30,000 nucleotides of DNA from Desulfuromusa kysingii (lineage in GTDB: Bacteria > Desulfobacterota > Desulfuromonadia > Desulfuromonadales > Geopsychrobacteraceae), in contig NZ_FNQN01000007.1 in the NCBI RefSeq assembly GCF_900107645.1, positions 162,898 through 192,897 of the forward strand, read 5' to 3'. Positions within the stretch are counted from its first letter, which is position 1. Each line of letters opens with the position of its first letter. Shown here piece by piece: positions 17,375-26,014 of this stretch. The notes under the pieces are model-generated. The model did not search any database. It saw only the letters and a program-made list of their open reading frames with translations, and was not told the DNA's origin. The translations under genes were made by a program, and so were the position numbers.

Positions 17375-17908
17375 TTACTTTAAAAATCTTAAAAGTTTAG
17401 ACGTTGGTTTTCTTTCAGGGCCGTGCGGATTATTCTCAGGATAACCTATTGCGATAAGTGCAATAACATCTTCATCTGTAGGAAGGTCAATCAGTTCTCT
17501 GACTGCGGTCCCATCAAAATCGCCCAAAATTACCGAACCAACACCAACATCTTGAGCAGCTAAACAAAAACCGTAACTGGCAATTCCCGCATCGAACATT
17601 GTCCATTCTTTAGACGTATGATAATAAACTGTACCAGAACTATCGGCACCTGATAAATTTAAAACCGCACTGATAACAATAACAGCTGAAGATCGAGCCA
17701 AATAACGCCTATTATAATCAGATGTTTCTGAAAGTTTGGCTTTTATCTCTTTATTTAATATACAGTTATAACGAATCGGTTGATAATTAGCCCAAGAAGG
17801 GGAGTTTTTAGCAAGATCAACAATTTGCTTGATCGTTTCAACAGAAACAGATTTATCGGTATACCTTCTAACACTATGTCTCTCTATAACAACGTCTTTA
17901 AGCTCCAT
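17375..17908 (-). CDS. Nitroreductase-family flavoprotein
   Basis: 177 aa. N-terminal VIERHSVRRYTDK, SPSWANYQP and C-terminal IAIGYP are typical of the NfnB/NfsA-like nitroreductase fold. Confidence 0.85.
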   Translation of the reverse strand: MELKDVVIERHSVRRYTDKSVSVETIKQIVDLAKNSPSWANYQPIRYNCILNKEIKAKLSETSDYNRRYLARSSAVIVISAVLNLSGADSSGTVYYHTSKEWTMFDAGIASYGFCLAAQDVGVGSVILGDFDGTAVRELIDLPTDEDVIALIAIGYPENNPHGPERKPTSKLLRFLK

Positions 17909-18189
17909 ATGGTAACTCCTCCTGTTCAGTTTAGATTTGTCCTAAATAATAAAATATATATTGATGCATGCATCGTTAACACCAAGATCGACAATAATAT
18001 TTGCCTCAATATTGGCTTCACAAACCGAAGTAGCTAACGAAAAAAAAGGCGTGCATCTTGTAGGTAGGACATGATAAAAACTGAGGCGCAAACAAGTCTC
18101 TGCTTTATAATAAATTTTGAGCTCACAGAAGACTAAAAGGCCCTGCAACACACAGCTTCAATGTAGAATAAAGGACGAATGATAAAACT

Positions 18190-19683
18190 ATGTACATAGA
18201 AAAGTTAAAAGAATCAGACAGAGGACTTAAATTGAATAGCCAAACTCTTGCTTTTCTAGACTGCATTTCTGGTTTGGGGTACTTTCTCGAAGTTATAGAT
18301 GAAAAGGGATATTATACCTATATCTCTTCAAACTGCACTTACGATTCTACAACAGCTGAAGAATTATTAGGGAAGCACACAACAGAAGCTTTTGATTTAA
18401 CCTTAGAATCAAGTATCCTTTTAAATACTTTAAACACAGGAAAACCTTACAGAAACGTACATTTAAAATACAAATCAGCAAAAAAAAACAAAGAATTAAG
18501 TTTTCTTTACCATTCATTTCCCATAACAAGTAACAATATAATCATTGGTGCCATTGCAATTTACAAGTATTTAGACGAAGTAAAGAGAGCCATTCACTAT
18601 ATAGATACAGCAAATACAATTAAAGTTATAAACACAAAAGCAATTACGCAACCTCGAAGGGATGAGCTATTCACCTTTGATGATATAATTTGTTGCAGTG
18701 ATCAGATGGCAAAAACAATAAAACTTGCTCAAAGAATTTCTAAAACAGACGCCTCTGTCTTAATTGTCGGTGAGACGGGTACGGGAAAAGAACTAATAGC
18801 TCAAAGTATACACTCTTTCTACAAGGACAAATCACAACCTTTTGTTGCAGTCAATTGTGCTGCTATACCAGAGACATTACTCGAAAGCATTCTGTTCGGA
18901 TCAACAAAAGGCGCATATACTGACGCAGTGGACAAGCAAGGCTTATTTGAAGAAGCTCATGGAGGTACGATCTTCCTAGATGAATTACACACCCTGAGCA
19001 TTGAAATGCAAGCGAAACTCTTGCGCGTATTAGAAACCAAAACAATCAGAAAAGTTGGTGGCGACAAGACTATTCCCGTCAATGTTCGGGTTATTTCCGC
19101 GATGAATACAAATCCAATAAAAGCCATAAAGGAGAGCAAATTAAAAGCAGACTTATTCTATCGTATTGCCGTTATCACAATTCAAATTCCACCTCTCAGT
19201 GAGAGAGGAATCACAGACATAAAACTCCTGTCAAATCACTTCATTAAACTAATGAACAACAAGTTGGGGTTATCTATTGAGGGTTGCTCTGAAGCCACTT
19301 TAAATATTTTTAGCAATTACAAATTTCCGGGCAATTGTCGAGAACTCAGTCACATAATAGAACACTCTGCGAATATGATTGATGAGAATGAGCGTTTAAT
19401 TGAGCCCTATCACTTACCATATTATATCAGCGAATCGCTGTCAGGTGGGATAAACACTCCCTCATCACCCCACCCGCAACTTAAACCTAGTCAATATGAA
19501 ATTGGGGATTACAAGATTATCCATCAAAAGGCGCTTAATGATTTTAACGACAAATTTAACACTGAGTACTTGACGTATGTGCTCAAAGAGTTTAGTGGCA
19601 ACATATCAAAAGCAGCTCGAGCAATTAATGTTTCGAGACAGCACCTACATGGACTCGTTACAAAATACAAAATACAAGCATAA
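18190..19683 (+). CDS. Sigma-54-dependent transcriptional activator (sensor domain plus AAA+ plus HTH), candidate regulator of the cai/fix-type units
   Basis: 497 aa. A PAS-like N-terminal domain of about 150 aa. AAA+ core with GETGTGKE, GSTKGAYTDA and GGTIFLDELH. C-terminal HTH ISKAARAINVSRQHLHGLVTKY. The gene is very AT-rich. Confidence 0.88.
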   Translation: MYIEKLKESDRGLKLNSQTLAFLDCISGLGYFLEVIDEKGYYTYISSNCTYDSTTAEELLGKHTTEAFDLTLESSILLNTLNTGKPYRNVHLKYKSAKKNKELSFLYHSFPITSNNIIIGAIAIYKYLDEVKRAIHYIDTANTIKVINTKAITQPRRDELFTFDDIICCSDQMAKTIKLAQRISKTDASVLIVGETGTGKELIAQSIHSFYKDKSQPFVAVNCAAIPETLLESILFGSTKGAYTDAVDKQGLFEEAHGGTIFLDELHTLSIEMQAKLLRVLETKTIRKVGGDKTIPVNVRVISAMNTNPIKAIKESKLKADLFYRIAVITIQIPPLSERGITDIKLLSNHFIKLMNNKLGLSIEGCSEATLNIFSNYKFPGNCRELSHIIEHSANMIDENERLIEPYHLPYYISESLSGGINTPSSPHPQLKPSQYEIGDYKIIHQKALNDFNDKFNTEYLTYVLKEFSGNISKAARAINVSRQHLHGLVTKYKIQA

Positions 19684-19715
19684 GCATGTTTTCTTAGTTA
19701 AATTTCCATCAGAAG

Positions 19716-21278
19716 CTATTCACCTTTGAGGTTTTTCTTCTGAATCTTCCCAGTACAGGTATGCTTAAAGTCTTCTACAATTTCGATAATTTCAGGGACT
19801 TTAAATGAAGCAAGCCTGTCGGAGCAAAACTGCCTAATGTCTTCAATCTCAAGGGATTTTCCCTCATAAAACTTCACATAAGCTTTTACTGCCTGTTCCC
19901 TAATAGGGTCCGGAACACCGACAACAGCCGCCTCCTCAATAAAACTGTGGGAGGTTAAAACATTTTCAACTTCGCTTGCAGAAATATTTTCCCCTGAGCG
20001 CTTAATCAAATTATTTTTCCTATCAACAAAATACAGCCACCCATCCTCATCCAAAAAGCCTTTATCACCAGTATGCAGCCAATCATTATCATCATACAAT
20101 TTATAAGTTTCCTGTTCGTCGTTATAATACCCTAATATTAGATTTTCCCCTCTGACACCTTTAAGACAAATTTCACCAACACATGTTGCAGGCAAAGTAT
20201 CATTATTATCATCTACAATTTTTATTTTGTATGGATCATATGTTTTCCCAACTGACGGCCACCTTGCTTCTCCCGTACACACATCTGCGATATTACAAAC
20301 AATTGTTTCGGTCAAACCGTAACAATTGAAAAGTTTAACATTGTAACGATTTTCAAAAGATTCCTTTTCCTCGGTAGACATACAAAGTGAAAAGTACATT
20401 AAGCGTAAGCTATGTTTACGCTCATTTTCCGCTTTCGGTTGCAGCATCAAGGTTCTTATAATCATGGGGATTGCTTCAGCAATGGTGATTTTGTAATCAC
20501 GAATTTGCTGCCAAAATTTGGTCGCGTGGTATTGCTCCTGCACAACCACGACAGCACCCTTAGTAAGGATTGGCATCACGGCAATAGCCTGCCAGTCGAT
20601 ATGAAAACAAGGAAAGACAGTAAAAAATCTATCGTCGGAAGTTAATGCCATTTGATTCGCGTGGAATTCCCCAGCATAAAGCAAGTTATAATGAGTAAAC
20701 GTTGCCCCCTTAGGCATTGATGTTGTACCTGATGTAAACAATACTTCTGCGACATCGCCTGGGTGCAATTCACGATGCTCCTTCAATGTGTCTGTTTGTC
20801 GCGATAACTCCTTCGCAAAATTCAAGTAACCATCGACTTCTCTGTCGCTTCGAGCTAAAATTCTATGTTTTAGGTGTGAGCAATCTATTTTTTCGTGTAA
20901 GTCTAGAAATTTTTCTTCAGTCAGCAGAATACTGACCTTACACTTGTCCATGATATAGCGGCACTCAACATTCGTATAGTGCACATTCATCGGAACAATG
21001 ATCGCTCCAATTCGCATCAGACCAAACATAGCATACAAAAATTCAGGGCTATTATAAAGTTGAACAGCAACCAGATCCCCCTTTTCAAGCCCCAAGCTCA
21101 AAAAAAGATTTGCTGCTTTAATTATATTTGTATAGGTATCACCATAGGTAAACTGAGAAACACTGCCTTCTCTTGTTTCATAGATCATAAAAAGGTTATC
21201 TTTATCAAGTTTGAAACGCTCTTCCCATAAATCACCAATATTTTTTTTATCTACCCTAGTGTTCATCTTGACAGTCAT
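19716..21278 (-). CDS. caiC: AMP-forming acyl-CoA ligase, CaiC-like (carnitine/crotonobetaine-CoA ligase)
   Basis: AMP-binding motif LFTSGTTSMPKG. CaiC-like blocks FHIDWQAIA, IPMIIRTLMLQP, YGLTETIV, WLHTGD, RSGENIS and a C-terminal GKIQKKNL. The start is set at ATG 21278, giving 520 aa (close to the 517 aa I recall for E. coli CaiC). The track ORF runs to 21458 with an implausible 60-aa extension. Confidence 0.85.
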   Translation of the reverse strand: MTVKMNTRVDKKNIGDLWEERFKLDKDNLFMIYETREGSVSQFTYGDTYTNIIKAANLFLSLGLEKGDLVAVQLYNSPEFLYAMFGLMRIGAIIVPMNVHYTNVECRYIMDKCKVSILLTEEKFLDLHEKIDCSHLKHRILARSDREVDGYLNFAKELSRQTDTLKEHRELHPGDVAEVLFTSGTTSMPKGATFTHYNLLYAGEFHANQMALTSDDRFFTVFPCFHIDWQAIAVMPILTKGAVVVVQEQYHATKFWQQIRDYKITIAEAIPMIIRTLMLQPKAENERKHSLRLMYFSLCMSTEEKESFENRYNVKLFNCYGLTETIVCNIADVCTGEARWPSVGKTYDPYKIKIVDDNNDTLPATCVGEICLKGVRGENLILGYYNDEQETYKLYDDNDWLHTGDKGFLDEDGWLYFVDRKNNLIKRSGENISASEVENVLTSHSFIEEAAVVGVPDPIREQAVKAYVKFYEGKSLEIEDIRQFCSDRLASFKVPEIIEIVEDFKHTCTGKIQKKNLKGE

Positions 21279-21447
21279 GATAATACCTGCTTTTTTCCCT
21301 TTAATCCGCAGCCTGATGGGAGCAAACGAATCAATAAAGAATTGAATATTCAATCTGACGATCTGTCTTTCAAATGAAGTGCTGACCCAATTTGCATCAA
21401 ATTTGGAAGGGGAATATATTCGGCTTGAACTTGAAAATGTGAACTCC

Positions 21448-21484
21448 GATTTAACCATAGAAACAACATCTCTATGGTTAAATC
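21448..21484. repeat. Perfect 14-bp inverted repeat in the fixB-caiC spacer
   Basis: GATTTAACCATAGA (21448-21461) / TCTATGGTTAAATC (21471-21484) with a 9-nt spacer. No U-tract follows it on the minus strand. Confidence 0.6.
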
Positions 21485-21528
21485 AGAAAATTTCGTCCGT
21501 GATCCCTTTGCCAGCTTCAGACCAGAAG

Positions 21529-22443
21529 CTACCTAAGCTTCGCGATCAACTTAGGTAGAATTTCGTAAACATCTCCGACGAGACCGAGATCACAAGACTT
21601 AAAAATAGGGGAGTTTTCGTCCTTATTGATGGCAACAATAGTTTTTGCCTGATTGATACCGACCATATGCTGGACCTGCCCAGAAGTCGCCAGAGAAATG
21701 ACAAGTTCCGGCTTCAGCATCATACCGGTTATACCGATATAAACAGCCTTCGGCAGCCAGCCGTTGTTTTCAGCCACAGGGCGGGAACAACCCAGATCAG
21801 CACCCAGCAGAGTTGCCAGTTCACGGCACATTTCAACATCGGCCTCTTCTTTGAATCCACGCCCCATGTCAACTACTTTCTTAGCAATAGCGAGATTGGA
21901 TACAATTTCTTGCTTAGCCTGAGTTTCAATTTTTTTGATTTTGTTGCTTGGTACAACATCAACAAAATGTGTATCTGAAACTGAAGAAACAGCAGGATCA
22001 GTAATCTCGAAGACGCCTGCGCCACTGGTAATAACAGCTGTATTACTGGTAAGTTTTTCACTCCTGAACGCTGCACCACCATAAACCATTCTTTGAGTGG
22101 TTTTATCTTCAAGTGAAGAGATCCCGGAAACAACGCAGGTATCAAGGTAAACAGCAAGCTTGCCAGCCAACAACTTACCCCGCACAGAGTTATTCACCAA
22201 AACCAAGTCCGCATTATTTGATTGCAGTTTTTCAGAAATCATCTTAGCGGAATCTTCGATCATTGTTGACGCATCACACCTATAAACATAAACGTTTTTT
22301 GCCCCATATGAAGCCGCCAGATCCTTTAACTCTTCGTCAAATATAATAATAGAAAATTGTGTGGATAGATTAGATGCACCACTCGCAAGCTCTTTAATGC
22401 TCATTTCGGTATCAGCAATTATAAACGTATTGACATATGACAT
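21529..22443 (-). CDS. fixB: Electron transfer flavoprotein alpha subunit-like FixB
   Basis: 304 aa. The C-terminal FAD-binding half has the ETF-alpha signature ...AVYIGITGMMLKPELVISLATSGQVQHMVG...IVAINKD.... It starts 12 nt after fixA, with an AGGAGG RBS. Confidence 0.88.
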   Translation of the reverse strand: MSYVNTFIIADTEMSIKELASGASNLSTQFSIIIFDEELKDLAASYGAKNVYVYRCDASTMIEDSAKMISEKLQSNNADLVLVNNSVRGKLLAGKLAVYLDTCVVSGISSLEDKTTQRMVYGGAAFRSEKLTSNTAVITSGAGVFEITDPAVSSVSDTHFVDVVPSNKIKKIETQAKQEIVSNLAIAKKVVDMGRGFKEEADVEMCRELATLLGADLGCSRPVAENNGWLPKAVYIGITGMMLKPELVISLATSGQVQHMVGINQAKTIVAINKDENSPIFKSCDLGLVGDVYEILPKLIAKLR

Positions 22444-22455
22444 GATATGTACCTC

Positions 22456-23205
22456 CTATTTGTTCAAAAATTGGATAAGGGCATCAACCATTTCATCGGT
22501 ATCGCCTTTAACAATTTGCAGTTTCCGATCTTTTTGCTCTGGAGCCAAATCGTTCAGAACTTCGGTACTCCCAGCTATTCCTGAGAGATCGACAGATAAT
22601 TCATTTACCTTTTTTTTACCTGCAGACATGATGTCTCTCATGCCCGGAATTGTCGGTACGTTAATTTCGGAGGTAACAGAAATTACGGCAGGCAAGGGAA
22701 TTTCAAGAACTTCAACTTCACCCTCTAGGACTCTCTCGACTCTAATGATTCCTTCTTGGAGGTTGATATCATTAATCTCATTGACAACTGGTAAATCCAT
22801 GATAGCACCAACCTGATTACCAACCTGTTGAGAATACAAGTCAGAAGAACCAGTTCCAAAAATCAACAAATCAAACTCATTCATTGTTTTCACAGCTTTA
22901 ACAATGGCTTTTGCAGTTACTAACGAATCGTTAAACTGTTGATCGGTTATGACCACATTTAATTCATCGGCGCCACGAGACAAAATGTCTTTCCTGATTT
23001 TCGTTTTACTCAATGCGTCTCCGCCAATAGTCAGGACCTTCATACTGCCACCGGTTTCTTTTGCCAATTGCTTCCCAGCTTCCAAAGCGCTCAAATCATA
23101 TTGACCAATTTTCCACTGAGCTTTATCGAATGACAGTTCCTGATTAGGCAAAACCGCGATATCTTGCTCTTCTGGAACAACCTTAATACACGCAATAATG
23201 TTCAT
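22456..23205 (-). CDS. fixA: Electron transfer flavoprotein beta subunit-like FixA
   Basis: 249 aa. MNIIACIKVVPEEQDIAV...GQYDLSALEAG...ILSRGADEL..V...FDLLIFGTGSSDLYSQQVG...IPLPAVISV is collinear with recalled E. coli FixA. Confidence 0.9.
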   Translation of the reverse strand: MNIIACIKVVPEEQDIAVLPNQELSFDKAQWKIGQYDLSALEAGKQLAKETGGSMKVLTIGGDALSKTKIRKDILSRGADELNVVITDQQFNDSLVTAKAIVKAVKTMNEFDLLIFGTGSSDLYSQQVGNQVGAIMDLPVVNEINDINLQEGIIRVERVLEGEVEVLEIPLPAVISVTSEINVPTIPGMRDIMSAGKKKVNELSVDLSGIAGSTEVLNDLAPEQKDRKLQIVKGDTDEMVDALIQFLNK

Positions 23206-23276
23206 TTCTTCACCTCTTGTTTTAGATTAGTCTTCGTTACCATCCATGAATTTAAATTTCGCATGACACACTATTT

Positions 23277-23292
23277 AGCAATCAGTGTGCCA
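23277..23292 (-). promoter_or_regulatory. Sigma-54 (-24/-12) promoter for fixA-fixB(-caiC)
   Basis: The minus strand reads TGGCACACTGATTGCT, a perfect consensus match. The leader to the fixA ATG is about 60 nt. Confidence 0.75.
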
Positions 23293-23368
23293 TTGCGCGT
23301 GAGCATCACAACTAGCTGTTTTTAAATCATTTTTTTTCAGAACAGACATCATCGTGTAAACTGGCATG

Positions 23369-23401
23369 CGACAATTGACAATAGAGAACTAGCAATTGTC
23401 G
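23369..23401. promoter_or_regulatory. Inverted repeat, candidate enhancer site upstream of the fixA promoter
   Basis: CGACAATTG (23369-23377) -N15- CAATTGTCG (23393-23401), a perfect 9-bp inverted repeat 77-125 bp upstream of the -24 box. TGACAAT follows at 23376-23382. Confidence 0.5.
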
Positions 23402-23571
23402 AGCTGAAGTAAAATAAGAGGTGTTAAGAAAATGATAAGCAAATATGAGATGGCAAGTGAATGATAGGCTGTTTCACTGAAGAATCATTTAGTAGGTTTA
23501 GCAATAGTGTTTTTTGCTCGTTAATTTCCGCAAACCGAAAGAAGGCGACCAACATTCAACAATCTTTAGAT

Positions 23572-24174
23572 TTAAACTTTTTTTGGCTTCGAGGCGTCAG
23601 GTTTAGACATTTTCTCTGCGACAATAAATCCATAGACGACAAAGCAGAGCGATAGTATTTGCTGAAATACCAGCAAACGCTTGCCCTGAATCATCATCAA
23701 CAGTGCAATGCTGCCATTCATCAAAATAAAGCAGACCCAGCCATTGAGATTGTCTTTAGCTAATAGACTACTACCAACAAAAAAGGTGAATAAGATGGTC
23801 AACTCTAAGAATTGAGAAAAAGAATGAAGACCGCCAAAATCATAAAGGCTACAGGAGATACCGAAAACTAAGAAGAGATAAGTTGAGTACGTAATAACAC
23901 GAGAAAAAGTCTTACTTGTTGCATCTGGTCCCTTTATGGAAGCATAAAGTCCTAAGTACATCGTAGGGAGACTGCCAACCTCGATCGAAGCAGCGATCCA
24001 ACTATGGCTCCCAATATACAACACAGTCCAAGCAGGAACCCCCATCATATAAACAGACCAGCCTATAATCCTTAGACGCCGTTTTTTATTGTATTTTTTC
24101 CCTTCAGCTAACGCAAAAAAAACTTTACTTAAAAGGTAAAAAAGCCCTCCCCAAACTTGCAATATCAAATCCAT
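23572..24174 (-). CDS. Integral membrane protein of unknown function, possibly a PnuC-like vitamin transporter
   Basis: 200 aa with about 6-7 hydrophobic helices. The two-halves pattern and the segment LNGWVCFILMNGSIALLMMIQG....Q.ILSLCFVVYGF recall PnuC-family repeats. The resemblance is judged by eye only. Confidence 0.6.
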   Translation of the reverse strand: MDLILQVWGGLFYLLSKVFFALAEGKKYNKKRRLRIIGWSVYMMGVPAWTVLYIGSHSWIAASIEVGSLPTMYLGLYASIKGPDATSKTFSRVITYSTYLFLVFGISCSLYDFGGLHSFSQFLELTILFTFFVGSSLLAKDNLNGWVCFILMNGSIALLMMIQGKRLLVFQQILSLCFVVYGFIVAEKMSKPDASKPKKV

Positions 24175-24572
24175 AATAAATTCCTGAAATTGACTCTATC
24201 GCACCTCCCCACAACGGTTACAATATGATCCGGCTAAGGGGGGCCCACTCATGATCAAACTCATCTAGAGTGACAGAAATCACATTCAGCATAAAATGTT
24301 CCAATTCACATCCCAATAATTCTATAAAAGCAGGTGGGAGTCTGATTGGTTCAGAATTAGAGAAGAAATGAAAAATAAAAGGCAAGGACACCTAACAAAC
24401 TCAATGCCAACCCGCAACTGGCGATCGGCATTGAGTTAATCTTCAATCATATTGGAAAAGACACACATAAGATTTTTTCAATTAATGGATTGTCTAGGCA
24501 GACTGCGGCACAACCAATGAAATATCTCTAACATTCACTTCATACCAACAAAAACAGAACGGAAACCGAATT

Positions 24573-25371
24573 CTATTTATTCTTAAACACTGGGATTCTT
24601 TTTTCGGAAAAAGCCCTTACTCCTTCGGCAGTATCTTCTGAATCAAAAGTCAACCGTGTATAGGTTGTCTCTAAATGATAACTTCCATCCTCAGTCATTC
24701 CACTTGCAGCTGAATCCAACAATGCCTTCAAGCACCGCACGCCAATAGGAGCTTTCGCAGCAATGGAGCCAGCGACCTCCATTGCTCTGGAAAGCAAATT
24801 TTCCTCAGCCACTACTTCCTGAACGATATCCCACTCTTTGGCGACCTCAGAAGTAATTCTCTCACCCGTATAAAGCCACTTTTTGATCTTAGGTATTGAA
24901 AATCTTTGACCTAGAACAAGCGTTGCCCCCCCAATTCGGAAACATTCCAAAATTGATTTCTGGAAACGCATATTTCGTATTATCTGCAGCAATGGCGTAG
25001 TCGCACGTTAAAGCGAGAACCATTCCACCACCCAATACATAGCCGTTGAGTGCCGCTATCATTGGGACAGGCAGGCTACTCATCTTTTTCAGAGCAGCCC
25101 TTGCAATTTCATTCTGTTTTACAGCTTCATCGGACGTTTTTGGCCCTTCCCTGACATCATCACCAGCAGAAAAAGCTTTCTCTACCGCAGAAGACAACAC
25201 AACCACACGCACTTCATCCCTACCGACCAACCCTTTAAGATCTTCACTTATTTCGCTAAATTCTGCAAAGACACCTAAGGTAAAGAGGTTCAGTGGTGGG
25301 CGATTAAAAACCAAATGAGCTATTTTATTCTCAATGTCACAATACATAAATTGTTTTTCAATTTTCATCAT
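24573..25371 (-). pseudogene. Second crotonase-family enoyl-CoA hydratase, frame broken at a G7 run
   Basis: The N-part (track ORF 24889-25380) carries FSAGDDV and LNGYVLGGGMVLALTCDY...FPEINFGMFPNWGG. The C-part (24573-24992) continues in another frame with ..ATLVLGQRFSIPKIKKWLYTGERI...EGVRAFSEKRIPVFKNK. The join falls exactly at the C7 (+) / G7 (-) run at 24926-24932. The likely start is ATG 25371, preceded by GAGGTGAAGGGA. Confidence 0.8.
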
Positions 25372-25390
25372 TCCCTTCACCTCTACTCAT

Positions 25391-25422
25391 AAAAAAAGAC
25401 CACAACATGCGTAGTGGTCTTT
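25391..25422 (-). terminator. Rho-independent terminator after the MaoC gene
   Basis: The minus strand reads AAAGACCAC-(10 nt)-GTGGTCTTT followed by TTTTTTTA. It lies between the MaoC stop (25438) and the crotonase start. Confidence 0.6.
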
Positions 25423-25437
25423 GATTTGATTCGACGA

Positions 25438-25863
25438 TCAATTATCTGTCCTTGCTAGGCAAACAGCATCCCCAACAGCAACAACGTCTCCATCTTGATT
25501 TATACCCTTAGTGCCAATAAACAGCCTGTTTCTTTCAACATTTATTTCATTGACTGTGCCCGTGACTGTCACAGTGTCACCAGCATAAACCGGTGCAGTA
25601 TATTTAATGCTGAGTCTTGCATCAATGCCACCAGCGACAAGCTTTGAAAGCATCGCAGAAACCATACAATCGAGATAAACACCGTGTGCAATGCATTTGC
25701 CATAAATTGTTGTTTTTGCATATTCTGGATCCATATGAATCGGATCATGATCATCAATTGCATCCGCAAATGCGTGCAACGTCTTCTGCGTGATTTCCCT
25801 TACAACGCTGGCAGTATCTCCTACCTTAAATTGATCAATTGTTTTACCTAATTTTTCAGCCAT
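25438..25863 (-). CDS. MaoC-like (R)-specific enoyl-CoA hydratase/dehydratase (hotdog fold)
   Basis: 141 aa. FADAIDDHDPIHMDPEYAK.T.YGK.IAHG is the MaoC/PhaJ hydratase motif (D..P.H....A.......IAHG). GAGGAG RBS is present. Confidence 0.85.
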   Translation of the reverse strand: MAEKLGKTIDQFKVGDTASVVREITQKTLHAFADAIDDHDPIHMDPEYAKTTIYGKCIAHGVYLDCMVSAMLSKLVAGGIDARLSIKYTAPVYAGDTVTVTGTVNEINVERNRLFIGTKGINQDGDVVAVGDAVCLARTDN

Positions 25864-25908
25864 GGCTCTCTCCTCATAGGAACATATTTTTTTGATATTC
25901 TACAAATA

Positions 25909-25924
25909 AGCAAGGGACATACCA
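25909..25924 (-). promoter_or_regulatory. Probable sigma-54 promoter for the MaoC gene
   Basis: The minus strand reads TGGTATGTCCCTTGCT, with correct GG/GC spacing. The leader is about 36 nt. Confidence 0.55.
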
Positions 25925-26014
25925 AAAAAAACAGCCATATAGGGTCACTTGAAATCAACCTGTAACACTTCGCTAGCAAGAGTTTTACAGTTTCGTAAAG
26001 TCACTTCTGACAAT

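Noticed and set aside
21279-21458. 60-aa N-terminal extension of the caiC ORF
   Set aside because: The extension has no similarity to AMP-binding enzymes and runs through the inverted-repeat spacer. The ATG at 21278 gives a length typical for CaiC.
23362-23377. + strand TGGCATGCGACAATTG as a divergent sigma-54 promoter
   Set aside because: It has no GC dinucleotide at the -12 position, and no credible + strand gene lies downstream.
23416-23463. SD-like AAGAGGTGT followed by an ATG (10-codon ORF MISKYEMASE), and track ORF 23461-23655
   Set aside because: The mini-ORF is too short to support. The 64-aa ORF overlaps the 3' end of the membrane-protein gene antisense. The SD-like string is better explained as part of the recurring upstream motif.
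24398-24437. 11-bp-stem hairpin AACTCAATGCC...GGCATTGAGTT in the 398-nt spacer downstream of the broken crotonase
   Set aside because: It has an 18-nt loop and no clear U-tract. It could be a terminator or a REP-like element, but it is a single copy here, so I list it only as noticed.
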